A stretch of DNA of 64,000 nt. Origin: an uncultured Methanomicrobiaceae archaeon. Its GTDB lineage: Archaea; Halobacteriota; Methanomicrobia; Methanomicrobiales; Methanoculleaceae. The DNA lies in the NCBI GenBank assembly GCA_963826525.1, contig CAWGXH010000004.1, forward strand, positions 224,001 to 288,000, given 5' to 3'. Under the pieces are notes generated by a model. The model did not search any database, was not told where the DNA came from, and saw only the letters and a program-made list of their open reading frames with translations. This document shows positions 33,292 to 45,733 of the stretch, piece by piece. Numbering within the stretch: position 1 is the stretch's first letter; every line of letters starts with the position of its first letter. The position numbers and the translations under genes are program-made.

Positions 33292-36200
33292 TTAGCGGAT
33301 CCGGATCGTCGCCTGCCCCTGCGAACCCACCCACACCGGTGATGCGAGCTCCGCCCGGGCATCCGGGGTATCCGGGCTGGAGGCATCCACCCGGAGCAGG
33401 TACTCTCCCGGTGGCAGTCGTCGCACGTCGAGCACGGTGCAATCAGGGGTGACGCCGCCGGTCACCGGCGGACGAATATCAAAGCAGACCCAGGTACATC
33501 CCCCGTCGCACGAGTAGGAGACAGTCTGCGAGGCGGTCGCAGCGCCGGTGTAGTTGATGTCCCACGCGACCGGGAGCATGTCCAGATACGGCTCTGCGCC
33601 GGTGCAGCGGAGGTTGTCGACGGCGAGAGCCATTGTCTCGATCCCTGAATTGTTCAGATCGGGGATCGCCGTGATGAAGAGGTCGGGGAGGTCGAGCAAC
33701 TCCGCACCGTCGTTGAAGGAGAGGGTCGAACCCGACCCGAAGACGTTGATATTCCCGTCCGTCAGAACCTGCAGCCGGAAAGTCGTCTCCCAGGTCTGGT
33801 TCAGCCTCACCGTGCCGATATCGAAGGTGAGTGCGCGGTCCGCGTTCCACGCGTCGGTATCGTCCCGGGTGTATTCGGGGATGATGGTGGCAGTATCGTT
33901 GAAGCTGAAGATACGGGTCGAACTCCCCGGCACGTAGACGTACTCGAAGACATCCGGACCCTCCTCCAACGCACCGTTCACCTCGACATTCTCGAAACGA
34001 ATATCCATCCGGGTGTTCACGCTGGCTTCGGTCTGTCAATTCTCCGGCGATATCGGTATACACCTGCCGGCAAGTTCGTCTTCATTGCCGCGCCCATAAT
34101 ATTTGCCGCCGGTAGCCTCGGAGAGGATAGAAAGATCCTGCTCGACATTGTCGTTCAGATCGGAGGCAAAACCGACGACTATAGATCCTCACATGCTCCG
34201 TCGCATCACCGCTGCCTGCGTAAATCGACATGTTCTGATTGGTGAACTGACCGTCATCGCAGGTCAGCCCACGCGGATTGATGTCGACCCACACGCCACG
34301 CACGGTATTGTACCACCGCTCATAGCCTGGTACCGCTCAATGTTTGCATCCCCCTTCGGGTCAGCGAGATCGTGATACCACTCATAGTTTTCACTGCTGA
34401 ACGAATAGCTGCTTCCGCTCCAGTCATATCCCGATAGCGGCGCTCCCGACGCATAATAATCGCTCGTGAGGTATCGGTTATTATCCGCGTAACCGATCCC
34501 GTTTGCGAGCGGCGTGCCGTGATAGTTCCAATCGCCGTCACCCATCAGGATGACCGCCTTTACCGCTTCGGGTCTCCCTGTTCTCCTTGAGATACTTAAT
34601 AGCCTCATAGTATGCTCTTCGCATATTGGTAGCACCGGATGGGGACAACGCGTCGACCGCCGACTGAATCCACCAGGATCTATCGGTCAGCCCCTGGTCA
34701 AGTCTCGCATCAAAGGCAAAAGAGACCAGCGCCACCCTATCCCGGGCAGCCAGGTTCATCCGGCTGATAAATTCGTTCGCAGCATTCCTGGCAGCGATCA
34801 TGCGCGAGGGATTGATATCAGTACCACTCATACTCCCCGACCGGTCAATCACCAGCACAACATCAATGGGTTCGGGCTGGAGCGCCCACCCGTCTCCCCG
34901 CAGCCGGATGGTCGCATCGATGGTGTCGTTCACCGCAACCGTCTCAGGTGAGACGGAGGTCTCGACAGAGAGATAAGGGTAGTTTTTCCACGTCACCGGG
35001 ATCGTCCGGCTCACCTCTCCCCAGGTGGCGATGACCTTGCAGGTGCCGGTGGCGGTCGCACTGTAATTTGCGTCGTTTCGATCGGTCGTGAAGGTGCCGG
35101 GGCGGAACTCGACATCTGCGTAGCCGTCACCGTTCGTCAGCGCCGACGCCGAGACTAGCGAGGGTTCTTCGGTCTGGATATACACGCCCGGGTCAACGTC
35201 CTGCACCGTGAAGGCGACCGTCTCCCCGAATACCGGATTACCCTTGATATCCACCACCTTCGCCCTGATACGCGCCACCGAATCGGATTTCACATCCCGG
35301 CTCGGCATGTTCTGCGGGCTTGCCGTGAGCAGCATATTCACCGGGGCGGTGCTGGTGAACTCCACGGATTGAGAGACGGTGACGGACGAATTTGCCTCCG
35401 CCGTCGCGGTGATCGTCACCGTACCGGTGGTATCTTTCGGCCCGTAACCGATCGTGACCTGCCCTGCGCTGTTGGTGGTCAGCAGACGGTCTTCGCCGGA
35501 GAGGGAGGTCATTATCCGGACGGGCTGATTTTCCGAGGGATTGCCGTGCTGGTCGAAGAGAGTATAGGTGATGTAAAATTTGCTCGTCCCATCCGCAGGC
35601 AGGTACGGCGGAGAGCCGGCCGACGGGATTATGGTATGGATTATCGCGGCAGGCATTCCGTCTGCGATTCCGTAGATCGTCAGGAACCTGTCGGGAACCG
35701 GTGACGGCGGATCGACCAGAACGAGGTTTTCACCTGCACGCTGATCGACCCTGAGCGTGACGGTGGCGTTTCCTTCCGCGTCCACGCTCTGCCTGATGCT
35801 GTCGACATACTCCCCTCCGTCCAGGAACCCAGCATCTTCGCCGGCCGATCCGACGGTGAAGAGCACTGTCTCGACAGTATTCCGGTTGTCGATGGGATTG
35901 CCGTAGCGGTCGACCAATCTGACCGTCACGGCCGTCGTCTCCCCGACCGTCACCTCCGGCGTATACGCCGCAAGAGCTATCCGGTCAGGTGCGGCGTGGT
36001 CAATGGATATCAGTACACGCCTCCTCCACCACTTCGGTTCCCTCCCCGACCTCTACCGTTATCAACGCGGTGCCGCTCACGGTTCCCGGCTTGAACGTCG
36101 CAAAGGCACGGCCCTGTACATCGGTCACCCCGGTCGCCGGCACGATGCTGCCCTGCTCCGGATCGACCCCGAACGTCACCGGGAGTCCCGGCACCGGCAG

Positions 36201-36365
36201 GCTGCCGTTCAGCACCGTGGCGGTGACGACGGCGCCCCCGCTCCCGCCGGCAACCACCCAGTCCGTGCTTCCGGTCACCGTGACCAGATCCGGTATCAGC
36301 GCTGCCGCGGGCGGCACCAGCAGCATGGCACCGAGCAGAAGAAATCCCACTATCCAATACCTCAT
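33292..36365 (-). CDS. Secreted Ig-like + vWA protein, copy C; several frameshifts
   Basis: ORFs 36000-36374, 34538-35953, 34264-34635 and 33292-34020 join; canonical MIDAS DRSGSM, GATN, ILMGDG. Confidence 0.8.
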
Positions 36366-36526
36366 AGATTCCACTTCTGGTTAATATCACCTACCAATAT
36401 AAATAACTAGCTCGGGATTAAAATCGAGCATATGGCGTATTTATTGAATTGAATTGTTTTAGATGCATGAATAGAGATATGGGCCACATTTTGCAGACAA
36501 AATAACTATTATTTCAAAACAGGCCG

Positions 36527-36629
36527 CCGGAGCACCTGAACTCGTGCACCGAGGGAAAGGATATTTCTGCAGCACCGTGATTGAGCACCCGGTGCTGCCG
36601 GGAAGTGTTGCTAAAAAAGAGGAGAAGAA
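36527..36629. repeat. Conserved array spacer element, copy 3
   Basis: Same motifs as copies 1 and 2. Confidence 0.85.
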
Positions 36630-39583
36630 TTAGCGGATCCGGATCGTCGCCTGCCCCTGCGAACCCACCAGGACCGGCGACGCGAGCTGTGCCCGGGCAT
36701 CCGGGGTATCCGGGCTGGAAGCATCCACCCGGAGCAGGTACTCTCCCGGCGGCAGTCGTCGCACGTCGAGCACGGTGCGATCGGGAGTGACGCCGCCGGT
36801 CACCGGCGGACGAATATCAAAGCAGACCCAGGTACATCCCCCGTCGCACGAGTAGGAGACAGTCTGCGAGGCGGTCGCAGCGCCGGTGTAATTGAGATCC
36901 CACGCGACCGGGAGCATGTCCAGGTACGGCTCGGCGCCGGTGCAGCGGAGGTTGTCGACGGCAAGAGCCATTGTCTCGATCCCTGAATTATTCAGATCGG
37001 GGATCGCCGTGATGAAGAGGTCGGGGAGGTCGAGCAACTCCGCACCGTCGTTGAAGGAGAGGGTCGAACCCGACCCGAAGACGTTGATATTCCCGTCCGT
37101 CAGCACCTTAAGCCGGAAGGTCGCCTCCCAGACCTGGTTCAGCCGTACCGTGCCGATATCGAACGGGAGTGCGTGGTTCGTGTTCCAGGCAGCGGTATCG
37201 TTACGGGTGTAGGTACTGTCGAAACTCTTTATGAGGGTCGAACTCCCCGGTACATAGACGTAGTCGAAGACCTCATCTCCCGGCACGGGGGTGCCGTTCA
37301 CCTCGACATTCTGGAAACAGACATCCATCCAGGTGTTGACGCCCGCCTCGGTTTTGAGCTCTCCGGCTATCTCCGCGTATATGTCGGTAAGGTCCTGGGT
37401 ATTGGGAGCATGGCGGTAGAAGCCGCCGGTATGTTCGGCCATGCTGCGGAACGTCGTGCTCACGGTGGCATCCGGAGTAAAGGCAAACGCAATGGCGTAG
37501 ATCCGGATGCCATGGTTCTTTGCATATATCGACAGGTTCTGCTCGGTGAACTCGCCGTTCACACACCTCTCCGGGGAGCCGGCAAGTGTTCCGCCAAAGC
37601 CGTCGTAGTAGCGATAATTCACATCCTCCAAGACTGTTGCAGAGTTCGAGAACGTGTGTCCGACCCGTACGTTGGCCAACCGGTTCCGTGGGCAACCGGG
37701 CTCCCTGCGTTGTTCCAATTGCCGTCGGTCATGAGAATCACTGCACGGATCGCCTTCGGATTCGAACTGGGTTCTGCTATCAGGTGATCGATTGCACATT
37801 TCAACCCCGCCCGGGTGGCAGTGGCTCCGTTATCCGCGTCCAGGCCATCGATGCCGGCATTGACGGATGCAAAACTGCTCCCAAGAGCCGCATCAAGCGT
37901 AACGTCGACCTCATGGTCGTATGATACCATACCGAGCCGATCGGTATCCTCATTCATGCTGCCGATGAACGTCTTCGCCGACATCTTCGCTGCGTTCAAT
38001 CGACTGATCTTCTTGCCCGACGCATCGGTCACATCAGTCCCATCCATACTCCCCGACCGGTCCATCACCAGCATGACATCGAGGGGATCGGGCTGGAGCG
38101 CCCATCCGTCTCCCCGGAGAAGGACGGTCACATCGACGGTGTCGTTCACCGCAACCGTCTCAGGGGAGACGGACGTCTCGACGGAGAGGTAGGGGTAGTT
38201 CTTCCACGTCACCGCGATTGTCCGGCTCACCTCTCCCCAGGTGGCGATGACATTGCAGGTGCCGGTGGCGGTCGCACTGTAGTTGGCATTGTTTCGATCG
38301 GTCGTGAAGGTGCCGGGGCGGAACTCGACATCTGCGTAGCCGTCACCGTTCGTCAGCGCCGACGCCGAGACCAGCGAAGGTTCTTCAGTCTGGGCGTATA
38401 CGCCCAAGTCAACATCCGGTATCGTGAAGGTGACTGTCTCACCAGAGACCGGATTTCCCTTGATATCCATCACCTTCGCCCTTATGCGCGCCACCGAATC
38501 AGATTTCACATCTCGGCTCGGCATATTCTGAGGGCTTGCCGTGAGCAGCATATTCACCGGGTCGGTGCTGGTGAACTCCACCGGTTGAGAGACGGTGACG
38601 GACGAGTTTGCCGCTGCCGTTGCGGTGATCGTCACAGTTCCGGTAGTCTTCTTCGGCCCATAGCCGATCGTGACCTGTCCTGCACCGTTGGTGGTCAGCA
38701 GACAGTTTTCGCCGGAGAGAGAGGTCGTAATCCGGACGGCCTGACCTCCCGAGGGATTGCCATACCGGTCGAAGAGCGTATAGGTGAGGTAAAATTTGCT
38801 CGTCCCGTCCGCAGGCAGGTACGGCGGAGAGCCGGCCGACGGGGTTATGGTATGAGTTATCGCGGCAGGAACGCCATTGGCGATTCCATAGACCGTCAGG
38901 AACCTGTCGGGGACCGGGGTCGGCGGATCGACCAGAACGATATTTTCACCCGCATGCCGGTCGACCCTGAGCGTGACGGTGGCGTTTCCTGCGGCGTCCA
39001 CGCTCTGCCTGATGCTATCGACCCACTCCCCGCCGACATTCAGGAACCTGGCATCTTCGCCGGCCGATCCGACAGTGAAGAGCACCGTCTCCGCAATCCT
39101 GCGGTTGTCAACAATGTTGCCGTAGCGATCGACCAGCCGGACCGTCACGGGCGTCGTCTCCCCGACCGTCACTTCCGGCGTATACGCCGTCATGGCTATC
39201 TGATAGGGTGCGGCGTGGTCGATAGATACGGTGCAGGTCCCCGGCGGCACCTCGAATCCCCCCCCGACCCGCGCCGTAATCACTGCGGTGCCGCTCACGG
39301 TTCCCGGCATAAACGTCGCTAAGGCGCGCCCTTCTGCATTGGTGACCCCGGTCACCACCGTGATGCTGCCAAGCCCCGGATCGCTCTCGAAGGTCACCGG
39401 GAGTCCCAGCACCGGAGTGCTGCCGTTCAGCACTGTGGCGGTGACGACGGCGCCCTCGCTCCCGCCGGCAACCACCCAGTCCGTATCGCTGCCCACAGAG
39501 CACGAGTAAGGGAACTCTGCCGCGGCAGGAGCGACCGCCAGAGAGAGTGCGAGTACTATCAGTAAAGGTATCCAATGGTCCAT
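36630..39583 (-). CDS. Secreted Ig-like + vWA protein, copy D; frameshift near 37650
   Basis: ORFs 37619-39610 and 36630-37799; signal peptide, DRSGSM MIDAS, ILMTDG, TGGFY. Confidence 0.82.
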
Positions 39584-39833
39584 GCTAGATCCAACCCCCA
39601 ATAGAGACACCAGGTATATAAATCAGATCATGGATTGAAGGGATCTGAGGGGGTTATTTACGATATGGACAAATTATAGCCGGTTTTAAAATGATTTAAC
39701 AATTCAGAGAACGATTCTAAAAAACCTGCCCTTGTAGCGGAGTGCACTTAAAAAATATATATATAGAAGAAATGGTTTCCCCGTCCGGGCAACCAGAAAT
39801 GGGATATGCCGGGAGGGGCGAACCCCCTCCGTT

Positions 39834-41223
39834 CTACAGGCTGCGCTTCTTCGGTGACCGGAGTTTTTTCCCGCCTTTCCTCCTCCTATAGAAGAAACCA
39901 AGGGCTATGGCAGCGAGAAGGAGGGCGAAACCCCCGATTATAATGCCCTGATCAAACTCGCGCTCAAGGCACACCGTTGCCGCTTCAGCGGTTCTTCCGA
40001 GCGGAACCTCGAGAACGACGGAGGTAAACAGGTACCCTTCGAGCGATACCGAGAGATTGTAGGACTCCGAGGTCTTCAACATCGTCCGGAGAGTGCCTTC
40101 GGCATCGGTCGTCCCCGCCGGTCGACCGTCTATCAGAACCGCTGCACCGGGGAGGGAGCGGCCGTCGGTGTCCTCCGCCGTAATCGTCACGTCTGCCTGA
40201 GCATAAGCCAGATCAACGATGATATCCTCGCCCGTCCGGGCAACCGGGCAGGTGTCGCTCCAACTCACGTACCCGGGTGCCGAGACCTCTACCAGATACG
40301 TTCCCGCTTCGACGCTCGGAAGCCCGTACCTCCCGTACCTGATCCGTCTTCCCCTGCCACGTTCCGTTGATGAAGACATCTGCCTGCTCCACCGGTTTTC
40401 TGGTCTCGTCGTAGACCGAGACGGTGACGGGATAGGTCGACTTGGAGAGCAGCATCGTGAGCAGGACATCGTCCGCGGTGACCAGGTGTTCAGCTCGGTA
40501 GGTCTGGTAGTCGGATTTCTCGACCACAATCAGGTATCGCCGCTCCCGTTGCAGGTGGAGCGGGAGAAGCCCGTCGGTGCCGGTAGTGCCTGCATCAGCG
40601 CCGTCGATGACGACGGCGGCACCGGCAATCGGTTGCCGGGTCTGGGAGTCCTTCACCAGCGCTGCGAACTTATCGTTCCGGTATATCCGGTACTGGACGA
40701 CACGCCCGCTGCTGCCCATCTGTACCGTCCTTGATAGGGGGTAGTAACTCTGTGCACGGATCTCGATATTATACAGGCTCCCTGCTTTCACCTGAAAATC
40801 GGCTCTCCCACTGGCATCGGTCCTCTCGGAGCCATCGAATCCGTCCCCCTGCACCTGCACCACGGCATCCTGCACCGGTTGCAGACTCTCGCCGTCGAAG
40901 AGATCGACCGCCAGAACTTCGCTCTTGCGGGACATCTCGACCAGAACCGAAGATGCAGAATCCTCAACAAGACTCACCCAGTCGCCGTACCCCGACTTCG
41001 TCGCCTTGAGGCGGTAACTCTCGCTCGCCGAATGCGTATACGATAAAAGTCCGTTCGAACCGGTCATCCCGATGTAATCGCCATCGATGTAGAGCGAGAC
41101 GTCGCTCAAAGCAACGGACGTCGCCTCGTCAAGCACTGTGATCTGGAGGACTGCTGCCTGGGCACTACAGCAGACGAGAAGCACTCCGGCCACCAGGATA
41201 CAGAGAAGGCGACGTATATGCAT
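39834..41223 (-). CDS. Surface protein with tandem carboxypeptidase-regulatory-like/PEGA beta-sandwich repeats and C-terminal TM anchor; frameshift near 40340
   Basis: Signal peptide; repeated PxxxAxVxIDG..GxT..xG units; C-terminal TM then RRRKGGKK. Confidence 0.8.
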
Positions 41224-42787
41224 GGATGAGTATTCTGCTTTCAAAAATTTGAGTGCATCGGTTTAAATCCAGCGCCCGGAGGAGAATATGCTCGAGGATC
41301 ATCCCCTCTACCACGACCGGCATAAGGGTTCGCGCCACCTCGATAGCACTCTGAAGCCGCCATGCACGGTCGGCATGCAGGGTGAGGATCGGATCGCCCC
41401 GCTCCACTCTGCTCCCTCTCTTGGCATGCACGACAATACCCGCCCCCTGATCCAGCGGGGAGCCTGCCGCACGGGCGATCGTGATGAGGGACCGGTTGTT
41501 CAGTTCGATCACGTATCCATCCTGCGGTGCCCGCACGATAAACTGGTACTCGCCCGCTGTCAGGCTCTCAGACGTGACGCTCGCATCGCCACCCTGGATC
41601 TCAATGATCTGTCTGAACTTATCGAGTGCCTTCCCGCTCCGGAGCAGATCTTCCGCCATCGAGAAACCCTGTCCCTGTGCGGCTTTGCCGGACATCTCGA
41701 GGGCGATTCCGGCGAGGGAGAGGCTTTTCTGGATCAGTGAGTTCGGCTCCGTCTTTCCTTCGAGGACGGCAAGAGCCTCTTTCACCTCAAGGATCGGGCC
41801 GATTGTGTGGCCGACCAGCGACTCTCCGTAACTGAGGGCGCATTCGACCCGTATGTTCAGGCGGTCGCCAAGTTCCATGAACTCACGCGCCATCTTCCGC
41901 CCCTCCTGGATATCCGCTATCTTCGTGTATTTGCCGACCGGGATATCGATGACGACGAGGTCTGCGCCGACAGCAAGTTTCTTGGCCATGACACTCGCCA
42001 GCATCTGGCCGCGTGCATCTATCTTGAGCGGGTACTCGTGGGTGATGATCCGATCGTCGGCAGGCGCAATGTTCGTCGCGCCGCCCCAGACGATGACACC
42101 GCCGACCTTCTCCGTCATCGTCTGGACTTCGTCTGCAGAGAATGCCACGGGCGCTACCACCTCCATCAGATCCGCGGTTCCTCCGGCACCGGTGATCGCC
42201 CGGGAACTCGTCTTTGGGATCTTGAGGCCGCTTGCAGCGATTATCGGAACGATGAGCAGCGAGATTTTATTGCCGGGCACACCGCCGATCGAGTGTTTAT
42301 CGACGATCGGGCGGGAGCTGAAATGGAGCTGGTCGCCCGTCTCGACCATGGCGCGGGTGAGATACTCAATCTCGTCCATATCAAGGCCATTTATGTACGA
42401 TGCGGCGACATAGGCGGTCACCTCACCCGGCGAGAGCGTATCGTCCACGATATCTTTGACGATCTTGAACGTCTCGTCTTTGGTAAACCGTTCCCCATCC
42501 ATCTTCTTCTTGATGTAGGCGAGCGATGCCGGGTGGTCTGCCCCCCGGACTTCGACACTGTCACCCTCGGCGAGCGCGAGGTCGGTGTTGAGAGGCCGGT
42601 AGATGCCGATAGTACCCTCGCTGATGAGCGAACCGGTGGTATCGACGTGCGCCTGGGCGGTCTTTCCCGCTCCCACGTTGGTTACCTGTACGCGGTCACC
42701 GTCCCGGACACGGATGCTTCGGGCATCCGCACTGTGCAGAAGGACGCCCTTGTTTGCGATATCAATGAACTTTGCTGAGAACTTCAT
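41165..42787 (-). CDS. AMP phosphorylase (thymidine phosphorylase family); true stop probably near 41240-41250
   Basis: [47 protein letters not shown]. Confidence 0.93.
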   Translation of the reverse strand: MKFSAKFIDIANKGVLLHSADARSIRVRDGDRVQVTNVGAGKTAQAHVDTTGSLISEGTIGIYRPLNTDLALAEGDSVEVRGADHPASLAYIKKKMDGERFTKDETFKIVKDIVDDTLSPGEVTAYVAASYINGLDMDEIEYLTRAMVETGDQLHFSSRPIVDKHSIGGVPGNKISLLIVPIIAASGLKIPKTSSRAITGAGGTADLMEVVAPVAFSADEVQTMTEKVGGVIVWGGATNIAPADDRIITHEYPLKIDARGQMLASVMAKKLAVGADLVVIDIPVGKYTKIADIQEGRKMAREFMELGDRLNIRVECALSYGESLVGHTIGPILEVKEALAVLEGKTEPNSLIQKSLSLAGIALEMSGKAAQGQGFSMAEDLLRSGKALDKFRQIIEIQGGDASVTSESLTAGEYQFIVRAPQDGYVIELNNRSLITIARAAGSPLDQGAGIVVHAKRGSRVERGDPILTLHADRAWRLQSAIEVARTLMPVVVEGMILEHILLRALDLNRCTQIFESRILIHAYTSPSLYPGGRSASRLL

Positions 42788-42981
42788 AGCAGATCCACCC
42801 TTCCAGTCAGGTGTATCGGGTTCTTTCTAGATAAAATCGGCTGTTTTTCACAGGCTTACCCAAGGGAGCCTTCACGGAATACCAGCCGCAGGAACGCCTC
42901 TGTGGAGAAGTCCAGCGAGATCTGCACGAAAGGAGAAACAAAACAGAACTGACAGTGAATTTTCCAAAGAAAAAAAGGGGT

Positions 42982-45264
42982 TTAGTTCCTGCGCAGGACC
43001 AGGACAGCAACAGCGCCGAGGCCAATCAGTGCAATCAGTGCGCCAAAGCCAGGGGTGGCAGTGGTCGGGGCTGCAGTGGTGGCGGCGGTCGTTGCGGCGG
43101 TGGTCGGAGCAGCGGTTTCATTGCCGGTCGGAGTGACGGTCGGGGTTGGTGCTCCACCTGAGACCACGTTGAAGGTCGTGGTCTGGGTTACACCGGTCTC
43201 GACACTCTCAACGTTGACGATGTACTCGTCAGGCTGGAAGGCGGAGGCGTCAACCTCGAAGGACCAGGTGTTGTAGGGCGTGCCCGCCAGGATGGTCACC
43301 GTGCCGGATGCACCGCTGAACTCAGATGCCTGAGTCTTCTCGGTCGGCTGGAAGGATGCGCTGGTCACGTCAACGAGCAGATCGTCGCCGGTTGCCAGGT
43401 TGGTGGTGCCGGAGACCGTGAAGGTGCTGCCGACGTTCTGGTCGCCGATGGTGTCGATCCTGATCCAGGGCTCTTCCACGAGGAAGGTCAGCTTGGTGTA
43501 GGTGTCGTCCACGTTCGGCGAGTTCAGTGCGTCAACGAGAGCAGTTGCAGCGTCGGATGCCTGCAGGTTTGCCAGGTTCACCGCAGTCATACCGGGTGCG
43601 ATGATGCTAGTCGATCCTGGTGCAGTGAGGGTGACGTCCTGCGTATTGTCCATCATCGGGTGCTGGACAACGACGAAGTACTGGCCGGATGCAAGGGTGC
43701 TGGTCGTACCGGATCGAGGCTGTACTCGAAGGAGCCGTCGGACTCAACGCTCTCGGGCTGTGAAAGGATCTGTTTGTTCTTGCCAAAGACCCAGACATAG
43801 ACATTGCTCGGGTTGCCTTCTGCAGTTCCGGAGATGGTCAGGTCTGTCACCCTTGGCAACGGAACTCGAGCTCGCGGTTGCCGTGATGAAGGGGGTCTTC
43901 AGGACGACGGGTACGGTGGAGTACTTTGCCTGGTCAAGGTCTGCCTTGCTTACGTCTTTAGAGGCAGCGTAAATGGTGTACGTGCCGGAGTCGAGCGTTC
44001 CATTGACGATAGCGCTAGTGTCCCACTTGTACTCCCACGTGTCGTCGGTTTCGACATCTGCGTGACCAAAGGTCGCGACGTCACCGGTAACCGTGTTGAA
44101 GTAGAGATCTTCAGGGTTCACGCCATTCCCGGTGGAACCGAGGTTCGGGCCGGTCAGGAACAGGTAGACATCATTACTGTCGGTGTTGGTACCGGTCAGG
44201 GTAATATCCTCACCAACATAGTAGACACCGGTGCCGGATGCGGTCGCGGTAACTGCACCTTTCTCGATAGTCACCTTGACATCGTCAGAGGTGGCGGCGT
44301 TGGCTGTGTCGACGGTTTTGATCGTGACAGTCTGAGCCTTGGTGGTGCCGTTGGTGGTGAACTCAAGCTTCGCGACACCCGATGCATCGGTTCGTACCGT
44401 TGCATTGTAGGCGTTATTCAGGGTCACAATGCTGGTCTGTCCGGCGGCGATCGTCGGAGCATTGGTGGTGTCGCCATTAATGTAGACGAAGTAGGTATGC
44501 TTGGACTCGCCGGTAACGGTCACAACGAAGCTGTTGCCGCGGATGACGCTGTCCTTGTTGGACTCGATAGCGAGGGTCTTGGAAGTGACCTCGAAGCTGA
44601 CGGTGCCGGAGTCAGGCAGGTTGCTGAAGTTGGTGCCGTCGGGCCACTTTGCCATGGCGGTGTAGGTACCGGCTTCAACATCGCTCAGGACCACGTTTTG
44701 CGAGTAGATCGGGGAACCAGTGATGGCGATTCCACTGAGAGTAGCAGTGCCGAACTGGGTGAGCTTCGCGCCGCCAGGGGTGGTGACCTCGATGTTCATC
44801 GTTGGCGCAGTGGCGTAGAGCCCACCAAGGTTGTCGGTGATCTTGAACGACAGGTTGGTAGCCCGGGTAACGGATTTGCCGTTCACGGAGCTGGTGTTAA
44901 AGTCGGTCAGAACAACGTCAAGACCCACAGTGGGATCCTTGACGACGACGAACACGTTGGGGACAATAAGGCCACCAGCGTTCCACGCGTAGTAGGTGCC
45001 GGTGATGCCACTGGCATCGCTCGTGGTCAGTTCAAAGTTATTCGCGGTCGTAACATCGATGATGTTATCGGCCGCACCCGCCGCAAAGTCGCTGTAGTGG
45101 ACCAGGCGAGTGATACCGGCAATGCCGGACAGATCGAGGCCTTTTTCGCCCACATAGACAGTGCTGCCAGGGGCGACAGCCCGTGCGGCTACAGGTGCAA
45201 CCAGCAGGGAGACTGCCATGAGGACAACGAAGGCGACGACCATCGTTTTTGTAATACTCTTCAT
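42982..45264 (-). CDS. Major S-layer glycoprotein (Methanomicrobiales type) with PGF-CTERM; two frameshifts (~43850, ~43710)
   Basis: Signal peptide, TVYVGEKGLD, many NxT/S sequons, Thr-rich linker, TPGFGALIALIGLGAVAVLVLRRN. Confidence 0.88.
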
Positions 45265-45296
45265 ACTGTACCTCCATTATGCTTATATGAGGGAAT

Positions 45297-45437
45297 GTGA
45301 ACACGGGGTATTCGACACATGTCGAATACGGGTTCACCACGCTCTATACTCCGAATAACGGAATATGTCACAATATTTGTGGAACACTTAATATATCCTT
45401 TGTGGTTGATCAGAGCCGTTCACATGGTGAACGGCTC
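45297..45437. promoter_or_regulatory. Inverted repeats and TATA-like element upstream of the S-layer gene
   Basis: GTATTCGACA-ca-TGTCGAATAC (45308-45329); GAGCCGTTCAC-atg-GTGAACGGCTC (45413-45437); TTAATATAT near 45388-45396. Confidence 0.6.
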
Positions 45438-45733
45438 CATGGTGCGCGGAATTGCTGGAAATACGCCCGGATATCGCCCCGTTCCCCTATGACCCGGAAT
45501 AATATCAGCACATGAATAAAAATGTCTCGACTCCAAACAACCATTCCGAGGAATTTTCGGTGCATTCACCGCCATCATCCTCGGTTCATCGGAAATTCCT
45601 GCGTCACCACCCGCACGCAACCGGGCGCCTCTCCCGGGGGTGCGTTGCCGAAAGTTTCCATCCGGGCGCCAAACCCCCGTCACCCCAGGTCAAATCCATG
45701 TATATTTACATTCATCTCTCCCACCAGAGTTGT

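Noticed and set aside
33292-37130. Near-identical 3' ends of copies C and D as a DGR template/variable repeat pair
   Set aside because: No reverse transcriptase in the window, both copies are coding, and the differences are not adenine-specific.
26376-39830. vWA array as a tRNA-Arg-integrated island
   Set aside because: No integrase and no duplicated tRNA 3' end seen at the far side.
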